Shown here: piece after piece, positions 13,389 through 24,184 of the stretch
How positions within the stretch are numbered: position 1 is the first letter of the stretch
Layout of the letters: each line of letters starts with the position of its first letter
Assembly (NCBI GenBank): GCA_018813725.1
Contig: JAHJBD010000045.1
Coordinates: forward strand, 1-32,048
Source: Nanobdellota archaeon
GTDB taxonomy: Archaea; Nanobdellota; Nanobdellia; Woesearchaeales; JAHJBD01
Direction: 5' to 3'
DNA length: 32,048 nt
The notes under the pieces: model-generated
What the model saw: the letters and a program-made list of their open reading frames with translations, nothing else
Told to the model about the DNA's origin: nothing
The model's database searches: none
Position numbers and translations under genes: made by a program

Positions 13389-15053
13389 ATGTCAAAAAAT
13401 GAAGATTCTTTGCATTGGGCTGACCAGATGGCGAGAGCCATAGTTGAGCGAGAGCAGACAGAGCCAAAACTAAGGGAGATCGTAAAAGAGAAAGGGTACA
13501 TAGTATATGATGAAAAGACACCGTCCGGAAGCATACATATCGGCTCTGGGAGAGGATGGGTCATCCATGATGCGATAGCAAAAGCTCTTCGTGATCTTGG
13601 TGTAAAAGCTAAATTTGTTCTTAGTTCAGATGATATGGACCCGTATGATAAGGCTAATAAGGATCTTCCAGAAAGCTTTGACCAATATTTGGGTATGCCA
13701 TTTAGAAATATCCCATCACCTGTTCAAGGCTACAAAAGCTTTGCAGATTATTATTTTAAGCAAGTGACTGAGAAATTTAAGGATTTTGGCATACAGTGTG
13801 AATTAGAAAGCACTGGAGAGCGTTATATAAAAGGTGATTTTAATTCTGCAATCAAGACCGTACTTGATAATTTTGACAAGATCCAGGCTATTTATGAAAG
13901 ATTTTATGGTGAAAAGCCAAATACATTATTCTTTAACCCTATATGTGAGAAATGTGGTAAGATAGGAACAACCTGGGCATACGAATGGGACACTGTTAAT
14001 GAGGTTCTTAAGTATAAATGCATGAAGAATCATGTTAAATGGGCAGAAGGCTGCGGGCATGAAGGTGAGATGTCTCCATACAATGGAAACGGCAAGCTGC
14101 CATGGAAAGTTGAATGGGCTGCAAAGTGGCCTACTGTTGGTGCTGCATGTGAGCTTGCAGGGAAGGATCATTTTACTCATGGGGGGTCTAGGTCAATCGC
14201 TATCGCTATAGCTGATGAAATATTTGATTTTCCTCCTCCTTATCCATCAACAAGAAAGAATATTGGAAAGGGTTATGAGTTTTTTACAGTGGGTGGGAAA
14301 AAGATGTCTACATCAAAAGGGGCAGGCATAGGTTTTGCTGAAGCCACAGAGTATGCGCCAGCCCATATACTAAGATATCTCCTGGTAAGCACCAGGCCTC
14401 ATGCTGTTATTGATTTTGATCCTGTAAACAAGAATGATCTGATATTATTGCATGAAAGGTTTGATAAGACTGAGCGGATATATTTTGGAGTTGAAGAGGC
14501 ATCTGATAGTGAGGTTGCTAAGAATAAAAGGATCTATGAGCTGAGCCATGTTGGGAAGATACCATCAAAGATGCCTATACAGATACCTTTTTCGTTTGCA
14601 GCTATCATAATACAGGTAGTGCTTGATGTTGACAAAGCGATAGAATTGTTGAAAAAATTAAAGCATATTCCGAAAGATGCTGAAAAGCATGACTTAAAAG
14701 AGCTTATTGAAAGGCTCAAATTTGCAGAGAACTGGGTTAAAGAGTTTGCACCTGAGCAGTATGTCTTTAAGATAAATGAGAAAGTACCTGATGATGTAAA
14801 GGCAAAGATCGAACCAAAGCAGCTTGAATGCTTGTTTAAGGTTAAAGCATATCTTAAAGAGCATGATGAAGTGGATGAGAAACTACTTTATGATCAGTTC
14901 TATAATATTGCAAGATCAGTCGATATCAATCCAGCTGAACTTTTTAGGGCAGCTTATTATGTTCTGATTGGCAAAGAAAAAGGGCCTAAGCTTGCAAATT
15001 TTATCGTTACTTTAGGTAAAGAAAAGGTTATTGAATTGATCGAGCAGCTTTGA
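13389..15053 (+). CDS. lysK: Lysyl-tRNA synthetase, class I (archaeal type)
   Basis: 554 aa. PSGSIHIGSGRG is HIGH-like, CELAGKDHFTHGGS is present, and GGKKMSTSKG is the KMSKS motif. Length and motif order match class I LysRS. Confidence 0.88.
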   Translation: MSKNEDSLHWADQMARAIVEREQTEPKLREIVKEKGYIVYDEKTPSGSIHIGSGRGWVIHDAIAKALRDLGVKAKFVLSSDDMDPYDKANKDLPESFDQYLGMPFRNIPSPVQGYKSFADYYFKQVTEKFKDFGIQCELESTGERYIKGDFNSAIKTVLDNFDKIQAIYERFYGEKPNTLFFNPICEKCGKIGTTWAYEWDTVNEVLKYKCMKNHVKWAEGCGHEGEMSPYNGNGKLPWKVEWAAKWPTVGAACELAGKDHFTHGGSRSIAIAIADEIFDFPPPYPSTRKNIGKGYEFFTVGGKKMSTSKGAGIGFAEATEYAPAHILRYLLVSTRPHAVIDFDPVNKNDLILLHERFDKTERIYFGVEEASDSEVAKNKRIYELSHVGKIPSKMPIQIPFSFAAIIIQVVLDVDKAIELLKKLKHIPKDAEKHDLKELIERLKFAENWVKEFAPEQYVFKINEKVPDDVKAKIEPKQLECLFKVKAYLKEHDEVDEKLLYDQFYNIARSVDINPAELFRAAYYVLIGKEKGPKLANFIVTLGKEKVIELIEQL

Positions 15054-15076
15054 TCTTTGCATAATTGTTAAAATGT

Positions 15077-15099
15077 TAACACAACCTATTTAAATATAC
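15077..15099 (+). promoter_or_regulatory. lysC promoter: 23-mer TAACACAACCTATTTAAATATAC (TATA core 15089..15096), shared with asd
   Basis: Identical at 22 of 23 positions to 24135..24157 upstream of asd. An AAGGTGG SD-like element at 15126..15132 precedes the ATG at 15137. Confidence 0.6.
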
Positions 15100-15136
15100 C
15101 CCTTATCTTTATTCTAAAAATATTCAAGGTGGTTGC

Positions 15137-16450
15137 ATGATAGTTATGAAATTTGGTGGTTCATCTGTTAAGGATGCTCAGAAATTCTTAGAGGTTGCTG
15201 AGATAGTAAAGTCTAGGCTTGATAAAAAGCCGATAGTAGTTCTTTCAGCAGTCAAAGGCGTGACTGATAACCTTATAAAAGCATTGTCTGAAAGCATACA
15301 TGGCAAATTTGATTCTTACAAGGAGATAGAAGCTAAACATAAGGAGATATTAAAAGGCCTTGAGTTGGATCAAAGTACTGTAGATGATGAGTTAAAAGAA
15401 TTGAAGGAGGCACTTGATGTCAATTCAAAATTAAAAGAGGATAACCATAAGATCTTAGATTATATCTCATTTTTTGGCGAAAGGATGAGTTCTAAGATAC
15501 TTTCTGCGCTTTTGGTTAAGCAGGGGATAGCATCAAATTATCACATATCAGGCGATATTGGCCTGCAGACAGATTCAAACTTTGGTGATGCGACTTTTCT
15601 TGAATCATCCTATGAAGTAATGCATAAGAACCTAGCTGGAGCTGATTATGTTCCTGTGATCACTGGGTTTGGCGGGAAAGATGAAAACGGTGAGTTTACA
15701 ACCTTTAATCGTGGCGGTTCAGATTATGTTGCTTCATTGGTTGGTGCTGGTGTCAGGTCAGAAGAAATACAGATATGGACTGATGTAAATGGTGTTATGA
15801 CTACTGATCCGCGAATTGTCCCAGAGGCAAGGACAATTCCTGAACTCAGTTTTGCAGAAGCTGCTGAATTGGCATTTTTTGGAGCCAAAGTTTTGCACCC
15901 AAAGACAATAAAACCTGCTATGGACAAGAATATCCCTGTGAAGGTACTTAATACGTATGAGCCAGAAAATCCAGGTACAACAATAGTCCCTGCTTCAAAT
16001 GTGCAGAGCGGGGTAATGAAAGCCATCGCAAGCAAGAAAAATGTTACCATATTGAACTTGTGCTCTGCAAGGATGCTTAATGCATATGGTTATCTTGCCA
16101 AAGTGTTTGAGGTCTTTAATAAGAATAAGAAAAGTGTAGACATGATCACAACATCAGAGGTTAACCTTTCAATCACAGTGGATAGTGAAGATAAACTGGA
16201 TAAGATTGCTGCAGAGCTTGAAAAGTATGGGAATGTTAAGATCGATACGAACAAGGCTTTAGTGTGTGTTGTTGGTGAAGGCATGAAGCAGACTCCGGGC
16301 ATATTGGGGGAGTTATTCTCTATTCTTGGCAAAGATAACATAAACATCGATATGATCTCTCAGGGAGCTTCAGAGATCAATGTTAGCTTTATTGTCAATA
16401 ACATTGATGCAGATAAGGTTGTGAAAGTGCTCCATAAGGCGTTTTTCTAG
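15137..16450 (+). CDS. lysC: Aspartate kinase with C-terminal ACT domains
   Basis: 437 aa. MIVMKFGGSSV is the amino-acid-kinase N-terminal motif. RGGSDY and VLHPKT are present, and the C-terminal region is ACT-like. Confidence 0.9.
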   Translation: MIVMKFGGSSVKDAQKFLEVAEIVKSRLDKKPIVVLSAVKGVTDNLIKALSESIHGKFDSYKEIEAKHKEILKGLELDQSTVDDELKELKEALDVNSKLKEDNHKILDYISFFGERMSSKILSALLVKQGIASNYHISGDIGLQTDSNFGDATFLESSYEVMHKNLAGADYVPVITGFGGKDENGEFTTFNRGGSDYVASLVGAGVRSEEIQIWTDVNGVMTTDPRIVPEARTIPELSFAEAAELAFFGAKVLHPKTIKPAMDKNIPVKVLNTYEPENPGTTIVPASNVQSGVMKAIASKKNVTILNLCSARMLNAYGYLAKVFEVFNKNKKSVDMITTSEVNLSITVDSEDKLDKIAAELEKYGNVKIDTNKALVCVVGEGMKQTPGILGELFSILGKDNINIDMISQGASEINVSFIVNNIDADKVVKVLHKAFF

Positions 16451-16454
16451 AAAT

Positions 16455-16462
16455 ATTTATAT
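16455..16462 (+). promoter_or_regulatory. TATA box (ATTTATAT) of the 360-aa orphan gene
   Basis: Ends 23 nt before the ATG at 16486. Confidence 0.45.
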
Positions 16463-16485
16463 TCTCTAACACTAAATGAGTATTT

Positions 16486-17568
16486 ATGATATATAACGCT
16501 AAAGGAGAACTGGTCACAGCTAACATGAAGGATTTTGAGCTGAATGTGAACGATTTTGTGGTCCGAATAGTGAACAAAGTTGGGCCTGAGATTGATTCTT
16601 GGCTATCAGGGACAAAATTCAAGGATTTCTCAGGATGGATAAGTGTCCTAATGAATGTATTATGGGCAGATGCAATCTACCGTGAGGTACCTAAGCTGAC
16701 TTTGGTCCTTGAGAAAGGGCTTCCAAAGGGATTTGGTGATATTTCTGATGCTGATGCTGTATGGAACTTCATTGAAAGTGGCAATGCAGCATATGTTGAT
16801 AAAAGGGAGATAGATGCTGGCCAATATATGATACATCTGATGATGGAATTGTTTAGGTATCCGGTGATAAATGTCAAGGTGTCGCGTATAATGCATCAGA
16901 TAGCACGGCTGCTGATCCATGAGATGACGAATATGCTTAATTATGAGCACCATAAGATTAAATCTCAGGTTAGGCACCAGAGCTACAGGCTTGAGGCGAA
17001 GATTAATAGGTTAAAGGCGCAGATAGATGCACAGATTTCAGTAGTTAGTCACATCAAGGAATTTAAGCGAAAAGTGTTAGAGATTACTCTACTTCTAAGA
17101 CGATTTATCTTTTTGTTTCAGGAAAGACTATATCTCGAGGGGATAACAGAGCTTGAAAATAACTTAGGCAATTTGCAATGTGATAAGCGGGATAGGGAAC
17201 ACATTTACAGGACTGCATTAGATGCAGCAGACCATTTTGTGCAAAGGCTTAAGCGAATACTTCATGATTTTTCCAGGATCGAGCCAAACAGTGTGGATAG
17301 ATTATTATCTGATCTTAAAGAGTTGTTGGCAGAAAGATCATATTTTTATATCATTGGGTTACATGTGTTCTATGAGATCTATATGTCTGGAAGGATGAGG
17401 GAGATCGAGAAGGGCTCTATCCGTGATGTGTTTAGGGTATATCTAAAGGCCTGTGTCAATCTTCAGCCCATAATTTGTATGCATGGGAATTCTGCAAAAT
17501 ATTCCTTTTCTGATATGATAGGTAAAATACATCAGGCAAGGAAAAAGATCAAATATCCTCAATCCTGA
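16486..17568 (+). CDS. Hypothetical protein (all-helical, central coiled coil), no recognisable family
   Basis: 360-aa ORF with its own TATA box at the canonical spacing. No motif that I recognise. The 3' end overlaps the convergent hom gene by 20 nt. Confidence 0.6.
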   Translation: MIYNAKGELVTANMKDFELNVNDFVVRIVNKVGPEIDSWLSGTKFKDFSGWISVLMNVLWADAIYREVPKLTLVLEKGLPKGFGDISDADAVWNFIESGNAAYVDKREIDAGQYMIHLMMELFRYPVINVKVSRIMHQIARLLIHEMTNMLNYEHHKIKSQVRHQSYRLEAKINRLKAQIDAQISVVSHIKEFKRKVLEITLLLRRFIFLFQERLYLEGITELENNLGNLQCDKRDREHIYRTALDAADHFVQRLKRILHDFSRIEPNSVDRLLSDLKELLAERSYFYIIGLHVFYEIYMSGRMREIEKGSIRDVFRVYLKACVNLQPIICMHGNSAKYSFSDMIGKIHQARKKIKYPQS

Positions 17569-18802
17569 TTACAACTGTCTTTGACTTGACCACGTCAAGC
17601 TTATTTATCTGGTCTACTGCCTGCATCATATCAGATTCTCTTACATTGTGTGTTATAATTGTAATCGGTACAATATCTTTGCCAAGCTCTTTTTGTGAGA
17701 CTCCCGAGATGCTGATGTTATTTTTGCCCAAAATATCGGCAATCATAGCAAAAACACCTGGCTTATCCAACACATTTGGTCTTAGGTAGTATCTACAGGT
17801 TATGGTGTTTATGTCTTTCAGTTTCTTTTCTTCTGAATAATAATTTGTAATTGAGCTAGACTTGGCAATGTCAATTATGTCACCGACTACAACGGTGGCT
17901 GTTGGCATCGATCCTGCGCCTTTTCCGTATAACATGGCTTTGTCAATGTTATTTCCCACTAAATAGATTGCGTTTGATTCATTTTTTATATTGGCAAGTT
18001 CATGAGTCTGAGGGATCATTGTAGGGTGCACTCTGAGCTCAATCTCATCATCAATTTCTTTAGCGATGGCCAGAAGTTTTATTGTGTAGCCTAGGTCTTT
18101 TGCATACTTGATGTCGCTTTTGTTTATCTTTGTTATGCCCCATGTTAAGATGTCATCTTTTATCTTGGCATTGAATGCTAATGATGAAAGTATCTTAAGC
18201 TTTTGAGCTGAGTCAAGGCCGTCAACATCAAAGCTTGGATTTGCCTCTGCGAATCCCAATTCCTGTGCTTGCTTTAGCGCCTGGTCATAGCTTAGTCCTT
18301 CTTCCATCTTTGTTAAGATATAGTTGGTTGTGCCGTTAAGTATGCCGTATATCCTATTTATCTTGTCGGCTGCAAAGCTTTCTCTGATGGCTTTGATTAT
18401 CGGTATACAGCCGCCAACTGCTGCTTCAAACATTATACTTACATTATTATCCTCGGCAGCTTTGAATATCTCTTCACCATGCTTTGCGATAACTGCTTTG
18501 TTTGCAGTTACTACATTCTTTTTTGCTCTTATGGCTTCAATAATGATTGTCCTTGCAGGTTCGTAGCCTCCGATAACTTCGACAATTGTGCTAATGTCCG
18601 GGTCGTTTAGGAGGTCTTTGTAGTTTTGTGAGTAGATCCCTCTTATTCCGAGCATTTCGGCTCTTTTTTCATCAAGATCACATACTCTCTTTAGCTCGAT
18701 AGTTGTGCCTGTCCTGGCTGTTATCAATGTCTTGTTCTCCTTTAGTATCTTAACTACACCAGAACCTATGGTCCCAAGCCCTATCAAGCCGATTTTTGTC
18801 AT
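17549..18802 (-). CDS. hom: Homoserine dehydrogenase with C-terminal ACT domain
   Basis: 417 aa. KIGLIGLGTIGSGV is the Rossmann motif. The catalytic domain has ANK and GILNGTTNYIL. A strong SD (AAGGAGG) lies 8 nt upstream of the ATG at 18802. Confidence 0.9.
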   Translation of the reverse strand: MTKIGLIGLGTIGSGVVKILKENKTLITARTGTTIELKRVCDLDEKRAEMLGIRGIYSQNYKDLLNDPDISTIVEVIGGYEPARTIIIEAIRAKKNVVTANKAVIAKHGEEIFKAAEDNNVSIMFEAAVGGCIPIIKAIRESFAADKINRIYGILNGTTNYILTKMEEGLSYDQALKQAQELGFAEANPSFDVDGLDSAQKLKILSSLAFNAKIKDDILTWGITKINKSDIKYAKDLGYTIKLLAIAKEIDDEIELRVHPTMIPQTHELANIKNESNAIYLVGNNIDKAMLYGKGAGSMPTATVVVGDIIDIAKSSSITNYYSEEKKLKDINTITCRYYLRPNVLDKPGVFAMIADILGKNNISISGVSQKELGKDIVPITIITHNVRESDMMQAVDQINKLDVVKSKTVVIRIEDI

Positions 18803-18833
18803 TTTTTTGCCTCCTTTAGCCCTACGTCTAGAT

Positions 18834-18857
18834 GGTTTCTATGGATGTGTAGAAACC
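18834..18857 (-). other. 8-bp stem / 8-nt loop hairpin (GGTTTCTA-N8-TAGAAACC) between fcl and hom
   Basis: Perfect inverted repeat read directly. It is followed at 18863..18874 by the perfect 12-bp palindrome CAGCTTAAGCTG. Its role (leader structure, processing site or terminator) is unknown. Confidence 0.4.
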
Positions 18858-18948
18858 ACACACAGCTTAAGCTGTTGTAGTAGTAGGACTAGTTAAAGTT
18901 GTCAACATTGAACTGAATATTGCTGACATTTTAAATTGTAGAAATGGC

Positions 18949-20926
<1,978 letters not shown>

Positions 20927-20930
<4 letters not shown>

Positions 20931-21631
20931 ATGTGTTTCTCCCGTACTAATGTGCTTGCTTTGTATAAGCTTTCAAATGTTCCTGCATCTGACCAATAGC
21001 CATCAAGGATTTTTGCATCCATCTTTCCCAATTTAATATATGCGTTGTTTACGTCTGTAATCTCTAGTTCTCCCCTATGGCTTGGCTTAAGATTTCTTAT
21101 TATTTCAAATACTTTATTATCATATAGGTATAATCCGGTAACTGCCAAATTTGTTTTTGGTTCTTTTGGTTTTTCTTCTATCTCAATGACTTTATTGTTT
21201 GAATCAACTGTTGCTACACCAAACCTCTTGGCATTTTTGACTTCTTTAAGAAATATCCTTGCTCCTTCATGAAAATCACTAATGTCAAGCTTATCTTCAA
21301 AGATATTGTCTCCAAGAATAACACAGAGTTTTTTGTCATCAACAAAGTCCTCTGCTAGTCCTAAAGCATGAGCTATTCCCATGGCTTCATCCTGGATCTC
21401 ATAGCTTAATCTTACTCCAAATTCTTTTCCTGATCCGAGGATATTAACAAATGCGCCTGCATGCGGCCTTCCTGAGATTATCAGGATATCTTTTATGCCT
21501 GCATCAATCAATGTTTGTAGTGGGTAATAGATCATGGGCTTGTTGTATACTGGAAGAAGGTGCTTGTTTGTTACTCTGGTAATCGGCATAAGCCTGCTTC
21601 CTGTACCGCCTGCAAGAATTATTCCTTTCAT
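20927..21631 (-). CDS. rmlA: Glucose-1-phosphate thymidylyltransferase, short form (sugar nucleotidyltransferase)
   Basis: 234 aa with [39 protein letters not shown] overlaps at both ends. Confidence 0.8.
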
Positions 21632-22497
21632 TTTGTCTGGTGCCTCATTATCTTTATCCCCTCTTCAAATGTATGCATCAATATACCTTGCTTTTTTAGC
21701 TTTTCTATACTCAAACTGCTATCTTTTGGTCTTTTGGCTGGAAGGTTTAGGTCTTTCATCAAGATTGGCTTGATCAGGCATTTATTTAGGTTGAATTCTT
21801 CTGCAATCTTTATTGCCATATCGTACCTTGTCAATCTTTGAGCGCCAGCAACATGATATACGCCTTTGCAATCATTCTTTGTCAACAGATTAACTGCATC
21901 TGCTATATCATCTGTTAATGTTGGTGTACCATACTGATCAGTATAGGTTTTAATCTCTTTTCCTTGGCTTAGCGAATTGACCACCCAGTTAACATAGCTT
22001 CTTTCAGAGTTATCTCCATTGTAGCCATATAGGACAACTACCCTTAGGATAAGATAATCATCGCTTTTTTCTTTTAAAATATTCTCTGCCTTTAATTTAG
22101 TCAAAGCATAGTATCCTAATGGGTTTGGTGTATCATCTTCCTTGTACATGCCTTTTTCTCCATCAAAAATAAAGTCTGTTGAGAAATAGACTAGTTTGGC
22201 TTTGGTCTTATTGCATGCTTCTACAATACTATGCATCGGAGCTACATTTACCTTTTCTGCCAATTCCTTGTATGTCTCGCATAAATCAACATTTGTCATT
22301 CCTGCTGCGTGTATCACGATATTTGGTTTTACGTCTATTATTTTCTGGATATCCTGTATTTGTGTGATGTCTACCTTTGGCTCTTTACCGTGATAAAAAG
22401 GATAGACTTCATGATGTTCGGACAGGATTTTCACTAATTTTGTCCCAAGGAAGCCGCCAGCGCCCATTATTGTGATTTTAATGGTTTCCACCACCAA
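21628..22497 (-). CDS. rmlD: dTDP-4-dehydrorhamnose reductase
   Basis: 289 aa. ITIMGAGGFLG and STDFIFDG are present, along with a Y..TK catalytic motif. The start is TTG or GTG (22497/22494/22491) and overlaps the rmlB 3' end. The internal ATG at 22467 would delete the beta-1 strand. Confidence 0.8.
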   Translation of the reverse strand: MVVETIKITIMGAGGFLGTKLVKILSEHHEVYPFYHGKEPKVDITQIQDIQKIIDVKPNIVIHAAGMTNVDLCETYKELAEKVNVAPMHSIVEACNKTKAKLVYFSTDFIFDGEKGMYKEDDTPNPLGYYALTKLKAENILKEKSDDYLILRVVVLYGYNGDNSERSYVNWVVNSLSQGKEIKTYTDQYGTPTLTDDIADAVNLLTKNDCKGVYHVAGAQRLTRYDMAIKIAEEFNLNKCLIKPILMKDLNLPAKRPKDSSLSIEKLKKQGILMHTFEEGIKIMRHQTK

Positions 22498-23426
22498 TCA
22501 TTTTCTTTGTACCAGTTTATCTTGTGCTTTAACCCCTGCTCAAAATCTAATTTAGGTTTCCAGCCTAAGTCTTTCTGGATCTTGTTGAAGCTTATTGCAT
22601 ATCTTAGGTCGTGGCCTGGCCTGTCTTCTACAAACTCTATCATGTTTTCTGTTTCTCCCATCTGGCCAAGAATGAATTTGGTAATCTCTAAATTTGTCTT
22701 TTCACAACCGCCACCGATGCAGTAGGTTTCGCCGATAGTCCCTTTCTCCAAAATAAGTTGGATTGCCTTGCAGTGATCCTTTACATGCAGCCAGTCTCTA
22801 ATATTTTTTCCCTCACCATAAACCGGTACCGTCTTTTTTTGGATAAGGTTAGTGATAAACAATGGCATAAGTTTTTCTGGATGTTGGTATGGCCCGTAAT
22901 TGTTTGAGCAGTGTGAGATAGTGATTGGTAGATCATAGGTGTTGTGGTAGGCTCTGACTAAATGGTCAGATGCAGCTTTAGAAGCGCTGTAAGGTGACCT
23001 TGGGTTGTATGGGGTGTTTTCATCAAAAGGTTTATCATCAAATCCCAGTTCACCATATACTTCATCTGTTGAGATATGGTGGAACCTCCTTTTGTATTTT
23101 TTGGCAGCGTTAAGGAGAACCTGTGTGCCAAGCACATTTGTACGGATAAAATCAGAAGGGTTTGTTATGCTTCGGTCAACATGTGTTTCTGCTGCAAAGT
23201 GGACAATTGCGTCGACTTCCTTAATCAAAGGTTCAACAGTCTGTGCATCGCAGATGTCACCTTTAACAAATCTGTATCTATTTGTTTCTATGTCTTTAAG
23301 ATTATCTAGGTTACCTGCGTATGTCAACTTATCCAGATTAATAATCTCATAATCAGGGTTTTCAAGAATGTGCCTTATGAAGTTGCTTCCGATAAATCCG
23401 CATCCGCCTGTAACCAATAGTCTCAT
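22467..23426 (-). CDS. rmlB: dTDP-glucose 4,6-dehydratase
   Basis: 319 aa with LVTGGCGFIGSNF, ISTDEVYG, SPYSASKAASDHLV and CSNNYGPYQHPEKLMP. Confidence 0.92.
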   Translation of the reverse strand: MRLLVTGGCGFIGSNFIRHILENPDYEIINLDKLTYAGNLDNLKDIETNRYRFVKGDICDAQTVEPLIKEVDAIVHFAAETHVDRSITNPSDFIRTNVLGTQVLLNAAKKYKRRFHHISTDEVYGELGFDDKPFDENTPYNPRSPYSASKAASDHLVRAYHNTYDLPITISHCSNNYGPYQHPEKLMPLFITNLIQKKTVPVYGEGKNIRDWLHVKDHCKAIQLILEKGTIGETYCIGGGCEKTNLEITKFILGQMGETENMIEFVEDRPGHDLRYAISFNKIQKDLGWKPKLDFEQGLKHKINWYKENDWWWKPLKSQ

Positions 23427-23428
23427 TC

Positions 23429-23974
23429 TTATATGCTCTCTTTTATTTTAATGTCTTTAAAGTGTGGCAAATTCTTATCTCTCTCAGAAATTATCGGCTT
23501 ATCAATAGGCCATGATATGTTAATTGTTGGATCATTCCAGATAACACCTCGCTCAAGCTCTGGTGCATATTCTTTAGTTGCCTTATACAGAAATTCTGCA
23601 TCTTCAAGCACGCAAAAACCATGGGCAAATCCTGGAGGTATCCATAACATCTTTTTGTTATCTTCGGATAAGATTGCAGATACCCATTTTCCATATGTTG
23701 ATGATCCTTTCCTTATATCAACTGCAACATCAAATATCTTGCCTTTTATCACTCGAACCAGTTTCCCCTGTTCTTTTGGAGGCAGCTGGTAGTGTAAGCC
23801 TCTTATTACCCCTTTTGCTGACCTTGACTGGTTATCTTGAGTGAATTCGTATTTTATCCTTTGTTTTTCAAAAGCCTCTTTTTTGTAGCTTTCAAAGAAG
23901 TAACCTCTATTATCTACAAAAATCTTAGGTGTAATTAAAACTACGTCAGGTATATCTAGCTTTTTAAATATAAT
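23429..23974 (-). CDS. rmlC: dTDP-4-dehydrorhamnose 3,5-epimerase; full-length reading frame has no canonical start codon
   Basis: The track ORF (23429..23752) begins at an internal GTG. The same frame stays open up to the stop at 23980..23978. It encodes (P)IIFKKLDIPDVVLITPKIFVDNRGYFFESYKKEAFEKQRIKYEFTQDNQSRSAKGVIRGLHYQLPPKEQGKLVRVIKG..., the conserved RmlC N-terminal half including RG.F.E and RGLHYQ. The only start candidates are ATT (23974) and ATA (23971). A GGGGGAAG SD-like element lies ~10 nt upstream and a TTTTTATATATT box ~50 nt upstream. Confidence 0.8.
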   Translation of the reverse strand: MIFKKLDIPDVVLITPKIFVDNRGYFFESYKKEAFEKQRIKYEFTQDNQSRSAKGVIRGLHYQLPPKEQGKLVRVIKGKIFDVAVDIRKGSSTYGKWVSAILSEDNKKMLWIPPGFAHGFCVLEDAEFLYKATKEYAPELERGVIWNDPTINISWPIDKPIISERDKNLPHFKDIKIKESI

Positions 23975-24134
23975 TGGTTATCTTCCCCCTTGACAAAATG
24001 TTTATTTTCAATATATAAAAACTTTTGTTATTTAGAAATTCACCAAGGGCAATAAATCTTGATATATGGTGAATTTCTTAATCCGAAAAACTTTCCAATG
24101 AATATCTTGGCAAGGCAAAGTTTTGTTATTTTAG

Positions 24135-24157
24135 TAACAAAACCTATTTAAATATAC
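24135..24157 (+). promoter_or_regulatory. asd promoter: 23-mer TAACAAAACCTATTTAAATATAC (TATA core 24147..24154), shared with lysC
   Basis: 22 of 23 positions are identical to 15077..15099. GGTGG (24175..24179) lies 5 nt before the ATG at 24185. Confidence 0.6.
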
Positions 24158-24184
24158 TCTCTTGCCAATGGTTTGGTGGTATTA

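Noticed and set aside
21628-22467. Internal ATG at 22467 as the rmlD start (a neat 1-nt overlap with the rmlB stop)
   Set aside because: It would begin the protein at MGAGGFLG and remove the beta-1 strand (IKITI) that precedes the Rossmann glycine loop. An upstream TTG or GTG start is more consistent with the fold.
23433-23844. Plus-strand ORFs 23433..23792 and 23578..23844, and minus-strand ORF 23491..23694
   Set aside because: They overlap rmlC, whose frame carries family-defining residues. These alternatives do not.
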